From positions 57,080-77,079 of the IMG/VR virus record IMGVR_UViG_3300009593_000016: a stretch of 20,000 bases of DNA. One strand, given 5' to 3'. The position numbers and the translations under genes were made by a program. The stretch comes from an uncultured virus (IMG/VR IMGVR_UViG_3300009593_000016). Taxonomy: Duplodnaviria > Heunggongvirae > Uroviricota > Caudoviricetes. Under the pieces are notes generated by a model that searched no databases, had not been told where the DNA came from, and worked only from the letters and a program-made list of their open reading frames with translations. Positions 7,801-14,302 of this stretch are shown piece by piece (positions within the stretch are counted from its first letter, which is position 1; each line of letters starts with the position of its first letter).

Positions 7801-8124
7801 TTACTCTAGTAACATACCACTAACAAATGGGATTGATGTCTTATCTGATAGTCTGAAGTACCAAGTCCAGTCTTTCTGATATACACCTTCACCCCATTTT
7901 CCTACTGCGTCAATGATAGCGTTAAGGCGGGATTTAGTGGTGTTTGATTGCCAACCTCCGTCAAATAAGCGGAAATCGATTCTACTTACCTCAGCAATCT
8001 TATTGCCGTGTAAGTATACACTAGCGTTGTTAGTCTCAGGATCAATTTGTACACTTGTATTGGAAGATTGCCAGTTGGTTCTGTTAAGAATTGCCTGATT
8101 CATTTGTGATTCAATCTTTCTCAT
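7801..8124 (-). CDS. Conserved hypothetical phage protein (107 aa)
   Basis: MRKIE.QM..AI...VYLHGNKIA...DGGWQSNTTKSRLNA is a pattern I recognise from phage hypothetical proteins; it sits directly behind cassette copy A. Confidence 0.85.
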   Translation of the reverse strand: MRKIESQMNQAILNRTNWQSSNTSVQIDPETNNASVYLHGNKIAEVSRIDFRLFDGGWQSNTTKSRLNAIIDAVGKWGEGVYQKDWTWYFRLSDKTSIPFVSGMLLE

Positions 8125-8150
8125 AGTGTTTTAATTGCGTTGTTATTATT

Positions 8151-8210
8151 ATAATAGGCGATCAGAGGGGTAAATGGGGAAAATGTGTGTAGGTTGTCTA
8201 ATTGGCACAC
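8151..8210 (-). promoter_or_regulatory. Repeated early-promoter cassette, copy A
   Basis: Minus strand GTGTGCCAATTAGACAACCTACACACATTTTCCCCATTT...GCC-TATTAT. Confidence 0.8.
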
Positions 8211-8476
8211 TCCATAGAATCAACCAAGTGATCCACACATTCTCTATAATCAGTGCCATTAGTTATGCACTTCTGTACATCATTAGCAGTGAAATTACCT
8301 TGGTAATTATCACAAACTGATTCTAATGCTGAGAAGATGTTATCAACATCAAGAGAGAAATTGCCTCCTTGATTGTAATCATCATTGCCATCAATGTATC
8401 CTTCTAAACAGTAAAGAATTGTAGAGATTTCGTTACCTGTTAGTGTAACATTGTGGACGGATTCTTCAAAACTCAT
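8198..8476 (-). CDS. Hypothetical protein (92 aa)
   Basis: ORF track; GGAGGAG RBS; TAATG coupling. Confidence 0.8.
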   Translation of the reverse strand: MSFEESVHNVTLTGNEISTILYCLEGYIDGNDDYNQGGNFSLDVDNIFSALESVCDNYQGNFTANDVQKCITNGTDYRECVDHLVDSMECAN

Positions 8477-8694
8477 TAATACTCCTCCTGTGCAATAAAT
8501 GGGGTAATGTTATCATTAGTGACCTTATATCCTGTCACCTCAGCATTAACGTAATCCTGGGAATCATCATCCCTAATTGAATGATTGGAGTTCAAATAGC
8601 ATTGAATTTCTTCTGCTAAGTGTACAGGATTGAGGGCATCTTCACTATCATATACTATACGAAATGTGAAGTCTTTAACTAATACTTTAGTCAT
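8476..8694 (-). CDS. Hypothetical protein (72 aa)
   Basis: ORF track; GAGGAGG RBS. Confidence 0.8.
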   Translation of the reverse strand: MTKVLVKDFTFRIVYDSEDALNPVHLAEEIQCYLNSNHSIRDDDSQDYVNAEVTGYKVTNDNITPFIAQEEY

Positions 8695-8905
8695 CTAATT
8701 CCTCCTCTAATTGTGTTAAGTCGTTGAGGAATAACCACTCGTACTTATCACTTGGATCTTTGCCATCTACAACATATTCTGAATAGATAGCGTCCGCATC
8801 TTCGTATCTGTCGAAGTCAACAAAGGTGCGTAATTTGCACAAGTAATTATCTTCTAAGAGACGAATACTTGCTTCTCTGTGTGTTACAACTTCCATTGAA
8901 TTCAT
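8687..8905 (-). CDS. Hypothetical acidic protein (about 72 aa)
   Basis: Start more likely the ATG at 8905, preceded by AAGGAG, than 8956. Confidence 0.75.
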   Translation of the reverse strand: MNSMEVVTHREASIRLLEDNYLCKLRTFVDFDRYEDADAIYSEYVVDGKDPSDKYEWLFLNDLTQLEEELDD

Positions 8906-8909
8906 CTCC

Positions 8910-9182
8910 TTAATAGTTAGAAAGTGTACGATAGGGTTTGTGTACATATTGTACACAATTAGGGAATAGAGATAACATCATATCTCTTACTCTTTCACGG
9001 TCTACACTATCACCACCTCCCCAAGTATAGCGAGGATGGTTAATCTTAGCAGCACTGATTAGAGTCTTACGATATTGCCCATAAGCAGCAAATAAGCGTT
9101 CTTTAGTACATCCAGCGATAGGATATAACCCATCATCAGTGTTATAAAAAGAATAGCAATAATCAATGAATTCTTGGATCAT
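8910..9182 (-). CDS. Hypothetical cyanophage protein (90 aa)
   Basis: FIDYCYSFY..DGLYPI...GGGDSVDRERVRD motif; first gene behind cassette copy B. Confidence 0.85.
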   Translation of the reverse strand: MIQEFIDYCYSFYNTDDGLYPIAGCTKERLFAAYGQYRKTLISAAKINHPRYTWGGGDSVDRERVRDMMLSLFPNCVQYVHKPYRTLSNY

Positions 9183-9208
9183 AAGGTTTGAATTTCGTTG
9201 TTATGTAT

Positions 9209-9268
9209 ACAATAGAGCATTTGATAGGCAAATGGGGAAAATGTGTGTAGGTTAGTGTACTGTCACAC
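9209..9268 (-). promoter_or_regulatory. Repeated early-promoter cassette, copy B
   Basis: Minus strand GTGTGACAGTACACTAACCTACACACATTTTCCCCATTT...CTC-TATTGT. Confidence 0.8.
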
Positions 9269-9419
9269 CCCACTCGTATTTGTCTATACTTTTGTGGCAG
9301 ACTTGACAGGTTAATGCACACCAAGCAAAATGAAATACCCTTGCATTGTTATTACAATGTGGGCATACTATTTGTTTGCCGTTAACACCTGCACGAGTGA
9401 ATCTGTTAACTAAGTTCAT
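9252..9419 (-). CDS. Small zinc-ribbon protein (55 aa)
   Basis: CPHC...CQVC; ATG at 9419 with ATGA overlap and GGAGG RBS. Confidence 0.8.
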   Translation of the reverse strand: MNLVNRFTRAGVNGKQIVCPHCNNNARVFHFAWCALTCQVCHKSIDKYEWGVTVH

Positions 9420-9586
9420 ACAACCTCCACTGAATCTACTGACCAATCTGATACTAACTCTTGAACTAACTCGTATTTGTTAACATCTTCGTTAACAAGT
9501 TCACGTGCTTCGTTCTCATCTTCTGCTTCAACTTCCACGATGAAAGTTCTAATTTCTTCGCAAGATACTAGGAAGGTTTGTGTCAT
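9416..9586 (-). CDS. Small acidic protein, DpnD/PcfM-like (56 aa; not in ORF track)
   Basis: Hand translation: MTQTFLVSCEEIRTFIVEVEAEDENEARELVNEDVNKYELVQELVSDWSVDSVEVV; ATGA overlaps at both ends. Confidence 0.75.
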   Translation of the reverse strand: MTQTFLVSCEEIRTFIVEVEAEDENEARELVNEDVNKYELVQELVSDWSVDSVEVV

Positions 9587-9729
9587 TTTAGGTTACCAAT
9601 TTGGTTGAGTTTACGTTTGATAGTGTTCCAAAATTCATTCTCATTATCATCAATGAGATCAACTTGTTCGAGATTGATTAATACATTGAGTGCATCAATC
9701 TCTTCAGTTGTAAATTCTCTTAGTGGCAT
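9583..9729 (-). CDS. Hypothetical protein (48 aa; not in ORF track)
   Basis: Hand translation: MPLREFTTEEIDALNVLINLEQVDLIDDNENEFWNTIKRKLNQIGNLK; GAGGGT RBS; fills the gap between neighbours. Confidence 0.7.
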   Translation of the reverse strand: MPLREFTTEEIDALNVLINLEQVDLIDDNENEFWNTIKRKLNQIGNLK

Positions 9730-9731
9730 AA

Positions 9732-9959
9732 TTAACCCTCAGTTAATGATAATGAACCTGCATAATTTAATTTGTTATGTATACAGGATTTTTGAATGTT
9801 CAGAAGTACACTAACATCTACCTCTGACCAATCGTCCCACTCGGTAACATAATCAGAACAGTCAAAATCACCTGTTCCATCTATATTTTGTGGGCACGAT
9901 TGCAAATCTAGGTTATCATCAACCCAGAATATTCTTCCAAAAGACTTTGATCTAAGCAT
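9732..9959 (-). CDS. Hypothetical protein (75 aa)
   Basis: ORF track; AAGGAG RBS. Confidence 0.8.
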   Translation of the reverse strand: MLRSKSFGRIFWVDDNLDLQSCPQNIDGTGDFDCSDYVTEWDDWSEVDVSVLLNIQKSCIHNKLNYAGSLSLTEG

Positions 9960-9981
9960 TGCTAATTCTCCTTAATAGTGT

Positions 9982-10143
9982 TTACTGATCTGCTATTATA
10001 TCCCAGACTGAGATATAATTTAATAACCAAGTTCTTTGGTCATTTGTAACATTTTGAGTGTACAGTATGTCATCCGCAGATTGTAACTCAAGAGAGTTTA
10101 ATTTGCAGAAGTCATATAATACATCAGAGAGGAAATTTAGCAT
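9982..10143 (-). CDS. Hypothetical protein (53 aa)
   Basis: Start reassigned to ATG 10143 because the longer ORF runs through a terminator hairpin. Confidence 0.7.
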   Translation of the reverse strand: MLNFLSDVLYDFCKLNSLELQSADDILYTQNVTNDQRTWLLNYISVWDIIADQ

Positions 10144-10157
10144 AATAAAAGTTATAT

Positions 10158-10182
10158 AAAATGGGGTGCAAAAGCACCCCAT
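10158..10182 (-). terminator. Hairpin, probable terminator or processing signal
   Basis: Perfect 9-bp stem ATGGGGTGC-AAAA-GCACCCCAT (10161-10182), followed by a short T-run on the minus strand. Confidence 0.6.
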
Positions 10183-10190
10183 AAGTGTAA

Positions 10191-10295
10191 TCAAACCTCG
10201 GTTTGTAGATACTCAAGATAACGATCAATTACTTCGAGTAATTCGTTACCAGAGGAAGCATCTTCGAGTTGTGCAAAAATTGAAGGATTTGCCAT
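10191..10295 (-). CDS. Small protein (34 aa; not in ORF track)
   Basis: Hand translation: MANPSIFAQLEDASSGNELLEVIDRYLEYLQTEV; lies between the tandem RNA motif and a hairpin. Confidence 0.7.
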   Translation of the reverse strand: MANPSIFAQLEDASSGNELLEVIDRYLEYLQTEV

Positions 10296-10323
10296 TTTAA
10301 ATAAGCGAGGTTAACAGTTGAAA

Positions 10324-10453
10324 AATAGGACTTACACAAGAGGTTCGAATTAAATGCGAATAGTGAACGCAACCCTTGCCTTGATGCCTTTATTGTTGGG
10401 ACTTACACGAATTGGCGTTTAGCAACTAAATGCTTGCGAGATCAATGCCCAAC
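10324..10453 (-). ncRNA. Candidate tandem structured cis-regulatory RNA (two units, each GGCAT...GTGTAAGTCC)
   Basis: Exact 10-nt direct repeat (plus ggacttacac at 10328-10337 and 10399-10408), each inside a closing stem with variable inner hairpins; non-coding interval. Confidence 0.5.
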
Positions 10454-10457
10454 GAGA

Positions 10458-10520
10458 TCAGAGAGGATAGTGTTTGATGTACTCTAGGATCTCATCATAG
10501 TCAAATTCAAGTTGCATCAT
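10458..10520 (-). CDS. Possible 20-aa micropeptide
   Basis: MMQLEFDYDEILEYIKHYPL; ATGA overlap with the upstream stop. Confidence 0.4.
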   Translation of the reverse strand: MMQLEFDYDEILEYIKHYPL

Positions 10521-10669
10521 CTGGAATAGTATAGGGTGAACTCGGTGAGGATCTTGGGTGAAGGTCGGAAGATGACTGGTTGGAGTCGTTGAGCGATCCG
10601 ATCAAAGAAGATATAGGAACGATCTTCCCATTTCTTGTAAGATCCCCATTTCTTGTCTTTGAAGGTCAT
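10517..10669 (-). CDS. Small basic hypothetical protein (50 aa; not in ORF track)
   Basis: Hand translation: MTFKDKKWGSYKKWEDRSYIFFDRIAQRLQPVIFRPSPKILTEFTLYYSR; first ATG behind cassette copy C. Confidence 0.6.
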   Translation of the reverse strand: MTFKDKKWGSYKKWEDRSYIFFDRIAQRLQPVIFRPSPKILTEFTLYYSR

Positions 10670-10696
10670 TTGGGTTGTTCCCTTGTTGACTTCTTA

Positions 10697-10756
10697 ATAA
10701 TAGGCGATCAGGTGGGTAAATGGTAGAAATGTGTGTAGGTTAGTCAACCGTCACAC
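10697..10756 (-). promoter_or_regulatory. Repeated early-promoter cassette, copy C
   Basis: Minus strand GTGTGACGGTTGACTAACCTACACACATTTCTACCATTT...GATCGCC-TATTAT. Confidence 0.8.
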
Positions 10757-11007
10757 TCTGGACAATCTCCAGATTCTTCTACTGTACCATCATTGCATCC
10801 TATGCAACGATTTTTATGTAGAATCCTCTGCTGCTCTAGTATCACTGACTCGTGATAATCGAACAGTCTTTCTATCTTATCCTGTATGCTCCTGAATAGG
10901 TCAGTATCCTCTTTATTGTCTGATACTGCTATGGCATCATCTAACAGTTGATCTATGGTCACATAGTCCTCATCTGTAAATTCTACAAGGTCTTTATAGG
11001 TTTTCAT
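10744..11007 (-). CDS. Hypothetical protein (87 aa) with C-terminal CxxC-CxxC zinc ribbon
   Basis: CIGC...CPEC; ATGA overlap with the nuclease gene. Confidence 0.8.
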   Translation of the reverse strand: MKTYKDLVEFTDEDYVTIDQLLDDAIAVSDNKEDTDLFRSIQDKIERLFDYHESVILEQQRILHKNRCIGCNDGTVEESGDCPECDG

Positions 11008-11525
11008 AGCACTTGAACTCCGTACTGTCTGATTAGTTTGTTGGGGATAGTGTACCCTAGGCGAGGATCTTTTCTGTTGCTGGTGCTCTCAAATTGCCTC
11101 TTGAGATTTGGCACGAGGATATCAAGCACTTGTTGTGCGGTCATCCTGTACACTTCAACAACCTTGCCGAGGTGATAGCGTGCGAAGAAATGGTGATGAT
11201 ATTTACCAATTTTCTCCTCACGTAGGTATTTAACCTGCTTTTCCCAGGTCTCCTGTACACTGATACCATTGTAGGTCGCTGTAAGTTTCTTGCCTATGGT
11301 TGACTTGTACTCTACAGGTCTATCATTCTCATCATAGGCATCTGCACCAGAATAATCATCTGCTACGCTATGACCTAGCAGACCAGCAAGGTGTATTTCT
11401 CTACTGCGTGCATAACTGAAGGGATCACCCCAGTTCTGAGCATCACAGAGTTCATACATCTGTTCAAAGAGTTCTTGGTACTGTTGCTCAGGTGTGGTCA
11501 CTGGAATTGTGAAAGAAGGGGACAT
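11004..11525 (-). CDS. PD-(D/E)xK endonuclease, R.PvuII-like
   Basis: GADAYDENDRPVEYKS parallels the R.PvuII catalytic segment as I recall it (GNDAVDNAGQEYELKS). IGKY..HFFARY....VEVYRM and IPNKLIRQYG also align along the length. Confidence 0.7.
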   Translation of the reverse strand: MSPSFTIPVTTPEQQYQELFEQMYELCDAQNWGDPFSYARSREIHLAGLLGHSVADDYSGADAYDENDRPVEYKSTIGKKLTATYNGISVQETWEKQVKYLREEKIGKYHHHFFARYHLGKVVEVYRMTAQQVLDILVPNLKRQFESTSNRKDPRLGYTIPNKLIRQYGVQVL

Positions 11526-11554
11526 AATAAAATGCTAGTAAAAAAGACCTGTGC

Positions 11555-11683
11555 CTACTGGCAGAGATCTTCGAAACGTTGACGAGCGATCTGCTCATTC
11601 TCGTCTTGGGTGTTGTTTGGGAACTCCTCAAGCACCTCTTCGAAGAGGTTCTCTAGGATCATTTCATTCTGAAGGACTGACAT
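11555..11683 (-). CDS. Small acidic cyanophage protein (42 aa; not in ORF track)
   Basis: Hand translation: MSVLQNEMILENLFEEVLEEFPNNTQDENEQIARQRFEDLCQ; AAGGAGG RBS. Confidence 0.8.
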   Translation of the reverse strand: MSVLQNEMILENLFEEVLEEFPNNTQDENEQIARQRFEDLCQ

Positions 11684-11842
11684 TTAAGCAACCTCCTTAG
11701 CGTCAAGAACTGCGTCCCATAGTTTGTCGAACTGGTCGCAGTGCTCGCTGGTCTCCTGAAGGTCAAGGTCAGCGATAGTTGAAAAGAGATCAGTGAGTAG
11801 TTCGTGCTGATCTTGAGAGAGTTGTAGTGTAACGTTGTTCAT
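11684..11842 (-). CDS. Hypothetical protein (52 aa), probably leaderless
   Basis: Start reassigned to ATG 11842 (MNNVTLQL...), 6 nt after the -10 box of cassette D. Confidence 0.75.
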   Translation of the reverse strand: MNNVTLQLSQDQHELLTDLFSTIADLDLQETSEHCDQFDKLWDAVLDAKEVA

Positions 11843-11848
11843 ATTGTT

Positions 11849-11906
11849 AATATAGTCGATTTTAGGGTCAAATGGTAAAAGTGTGTGTAGGTTAGTCAAC
11901 TGGCAC
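11849..11906 (-). promoter_or_regulatory. Repeated early-promoter cassette, copy D
   Basis: Minus strand GTGCCAGTTGACTAACCTACACACACTTTTACCATTT...GAC-TATATT. Confidence 0.8.
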
Positions 11907-12068
11907 CTACTGACCATTGGTGTATGATCCCATCACACAAGCACCATATCTTACCTCAGCATATCCATACTCTTCGGATAGGTCTAGGCAAAGACCCCAA
12001 CAATCGTCTAGTTCAACAAAAGAGGTGTTCTCAAATGGTGCGGATGGGCAGTGGACTGAATATCTCAT
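11907..12068 (-). CDS. Small cyanophage hypothetical protein (53 aa; not in ORF track)
   Basis: Hand translation: MRYSVHCPSAPFENTSFVELDDCWGLCLDLSEEYGYAEVRYGACVMGSYTNGQ. Confidence 0.8.
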   Translation of the reverse strand: MRYSVHCPSAPFENTSFVELDDCWGLCLDLSEEYGYAEVRYGACVMGSYTNGQ

Positions 12069-12094
12069 AGTTTTAATTTCGTTTGTATAATACC

Positions 12095-12153
12095 ATTATT
12101 GCATAAAAAAATGCCCTTGTGGGCATTTAGTGGTCGATTTCTTTATTGGCACA
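12095..12153 (-). promoter_or_regulatory. Diverged early-promoter cassette, copy F
   Basis: Minus strand TGTGCCA arm at the same distance from a -10-like AATAAT as in copies A-D. Confidence 0.5.
12105..12128 (-). terminator. Rho-independent terminator
   Basis: Minus strand AAATGCCC-ACAA-GGGCATTT followed by TTTT. Confidence 0.75.
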
Positions 12154-12154
12154 G

Positions 12155-12565
12155 TTACCAGTGGGTTCCTAGGTGTGTCATTGTATTTTTGAATGAGTCC
12201 TTAGTGCTGGTATTGGTTAGGTCAATAGTTGGTGTTACACTGGTGTCTTTTGCTATCTTGCCATCCTTATCAATGTATCCCCAAGTTTTGCTATACCCTC
12301 CACGATCACTAGGTGCTACTGCTGTAATGAGTAGACCGTCATTAACGTCAGTTGTATTAAATGCCCAGACAGTACTAGCGTTATCTCCAGAGATCTTCGC
12401 TTTCTTTGCTTCCAGTAGGTAGTTCGCACCATTTGTGCCACCTGCTGTCGTCTTTGCTGCTGCAATACGTGCGTTGATAGCGTTCAAGCGGTAAGTCTTC
12501 GCTTTTACAACTAACGCATCACATATCTCTGTGCCTAGAGATGTTACTGTGCTACTGACTGCCAT
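12155..12565 (-). CDS. Hypothetical late protein (136 aa, A/T/G-rich, possibly virion-associated)
   Basis: ORF track; perfect late promoter upstream and terminator downstream. Confidence 0.8.
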   Translation of the reverse strand: MAVSSTVTSLGTEICDALVVKAKTYRLNAINARIAAAKTTAGGTNGANYLLEAKKAKISGDNASTVWAFNTTDVNDGLLITAVAPSDRGGYSKTWGYIDKDGKIAKDTSVTPTIDLTNTSTKDSFKNTMTHLGTHW

Positions 12566-12591
12566 TATTCTTAAAGTAACTTGTCCTTATC

Positions 12592-12599
12592 TATTTATA
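12592..12599 (-). promoter_or_regulatory. T4-type late promoter TATAAATA
   Basis: Plus-strand tatttata at 12592-12599, with a second copy at 12665-12672. Confidence 0.75.
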
Positions 12600-13841
12600 C
12601 TATCTACGAACTACTCTAGGTGGGATACCATCAACAAAGATATTATCCACGACCTTTTGTAATCTATTTATAGTTCTTGTACCATATTCTTTATGAATTG
12701 GTACAGTAACATACCCAGTGGGTTTCGCATAGAATTTCATTTCACCTGCTTTTATCCTTCCTTCGTTGATACTCTGCCTATCTCTTTTATCCATACGGAT
12801 AACACGACCTACAGTCTGTGCCATTTCAACTAGATTTAAGGTGCGTAATAATATGCAGTGAGTAAGACCTGGGACAGAGATACCTTCACTAAGTATACTA
12901 TAATGAAAGACAATAAACTTGCGGTTAATGTCACTACCATAGTCTCTAAGTGTGTTGAAAAATATATCTCTCTTAACTTTCTTATCATTGACATAAGCAC
13001 CGAACTTACTGGTAATATGTAGTACATCATACCCTCTACTTCTTAACTCATTGAGTATAGTAGTATGACCGAGGATATTACTTAGCACCTTAGAAGATGG
13101 TACACTAACTAACACCTTACCAGACTTATCTTTAGGTAGGTTGTTAAGTATATCTTGAATAGTAATGCTATGATGTATATGCTGTCTTTCTTTCACAAAA
13201 TGTAAATCAGTCTCAAAAGGTACAATAGTTGGTGATACTATGCTACCATTGTTAATTAACTCTTTTGCCTGTACATTCTCTAACACATTACCATAAACTA
13301 AACTGTTATTCATCCCCCTATTATTACCAGAAGAAAGAACAGGAGTAGCAGTAAAGTAATAGGATTGAACAGCAACATCAGACATAGAAGCAACACTAGG
13401 AAAGAAATTGCGTTTCGTAGAGTTATGTGCCTCGTCAAAATAGCAGCAATCAATATTAATATTAGCAGATAGAATACGTCCAAGTGAGTGATATGTAGCG
13501 AAGATCAATTTAGGTCTCTTCCAGTTATTAACAGCAAAGTCATATATCTCAGTTGAGTTAGTAGTTTGCTGGTGTTTTGTATCTCCTGAGTGTACGTGAA
13601 GCACACCAGAATATGTCTTAATAACTGATAAGAATTCCTCACATAGTTGTTGTGCTAATAATATTCTAGGTGCAACAACTACAATAGTTCTAGTATTATC
13701 GTGCTCTAGTAATTGCTTGGCGTGCTGTATCATAATCATAGTCTTTCCACCACCAGTGGGAACTATGACCTGACCCTTGTCAGCGTCAAACATACTATTT
13801 AAAGCACGTTGTTGATGTGGACGTAAGACGATCAATTTCAA
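12600..13841 (-). CDS. SF2 DEAD/DEAH-box helicase (ResIII-like)
   Basis: LRPHQ (Q motif), PTGGGKT (I), FDEAH (II), FTATP (III), LSEGISVP (V), QTVGRVIR (VI). Confidence 0.92.
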   Translation of the reverse strand: MKLIVLRPHQQRALNSMFDADKGQVIVPTGGGKTMIMIQHAKQLLEHDNTRTIVVVAPRILLAQQLCEEFLSVIKTYSGVLHVHSGDTKHQQTTNSTEIYDFAVNNWKRPKLIFATYHSLGRILSANINIDCCYFDEAHNSTKRNFFPSVASMSDVAVQSYYFTATPVLSSGNNRGMNNSLVYGNVLENVQAKELINNGSIVSPTIVPFETDLHFVKERQHIHHSITIQDILNNLPKDKSGKVLVSVPSSKVLSNILGHTTILNELRSRGYDVLHITSKFGAYVNDKKVKRDIFFNTLRDYGSDINRKFIVFHYSILSEGISVPGLTHCILLRTLNLVEMAQTVGRVIRMDKRDRQSINEGRIKAGEMKFYAKPTGYVTVPIHKEYGTRTINRLQKVVDNIFVDGIPPRVVRR

Positions 13842-13858
13842 ATCTCATTAATATAAGT

Positions 13859-13916
13859 ACAATAGTCTATTTTGAGACTATTTCACGATTTGATGTGACA
13901 GTTAGTCGATTGTCTT
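13859..13916 (-). promoter_or_regulatory. Early-promoter cassette variant, copy E (upstream of the helicase)
   Basis: Minus strand GACTAACTGTCACA at the same offset from GAC-TATTGT as in copy D; includes an 8-bp inverted repeat AATAGTCT/AGACTATT (13861-13882). Confidence 0.65.
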
Positions 13917-13957
13917 CCTTCTCAGGTGGTACCGCATCAACAGTCCATATAAAAAGG

Positions 13958-14098
13958 TCATAGTTTTGCTGTTACTCCAATAACTTGAGCATTTGGGTTG
14001 CGTGCTAGTGCTACCTCACGTGCCTCTTGATAGTTGCGTGCTATGACATTCTCACAGAATACCTTACCAGCAACATAGAGTTTTACTTCAATATTCAA
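13958..14098 (-). CDS. Conserved small cyanophage protein (46 aa; not in ORF track)
   Basis: TTG start with GGAGGA RBS; MNIEVKLYVAGKVFCENVIARNYQEAREVALARNPNAQVIGVTAKL. Confidence 0.8.
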   Translation of the reverse strand: MNIEVKLYVAGKVFCENVIARNYQEAREVALARNPNAQVIGVTAKL

Positions 14099-14101
14099 TG
14101 G

Positions 14102-14302
14102 TCATCCTCCGTATAGGTTGGGTTCATTATAGTCTACCATAATCTTCTCAATGTCCTTCTGTGATAAATTGTTAAACATTGCCCACCTAGGGTCGTCATC
14201 ATCCCAACTCATAGCAAAAGATCCATCCTCATTCTGCTTAATGGTTAGACCATCATCAGGATCAGATTCAGGATCAACAGGTTTAATAGTGCGTTCGTTC
14301 AT
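14102..14302 (-). CDS. Hypothetical protein (66 aa)
   Basis: ORF track; ATGA coupling. Confidence 0.8.
   Translation of the reverse strand: MNERTIKPVDPESDPDDGLTIKQNEDGSFAMSWDDDDPRWAMFNNLSQKDIEKIMVDYNEPNLYGG

Noticed and set aside
10324..10453. Tandem motif considered as a tRNA, hammerhead, twister or glutamine (glnA) riboswitch
   Set aside because: By eye there is no cloverleaf, no CUGANGA/GAAA core, and none of the twister or glnA consensus elements. A cmscan run is needed to be certain.
8151..11906. Repeated motif considered as a CRISPR array or integron attC sites
   Set aside because: Spacing is irregular at about 1-1.5 kb and contains genes. The repeats are not attC-like long palindromes, no cas or integrase gene is present, and the fixed distance to -10 boxes favours promoters.
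2523..13030. Nested minus-strand alternative-frame ORFs (2523-2726, 3657-3839, 4933-5124, 12836-13030)
   Set aside because: They overlap better-supported genes almost entirely and have no independent start signals.
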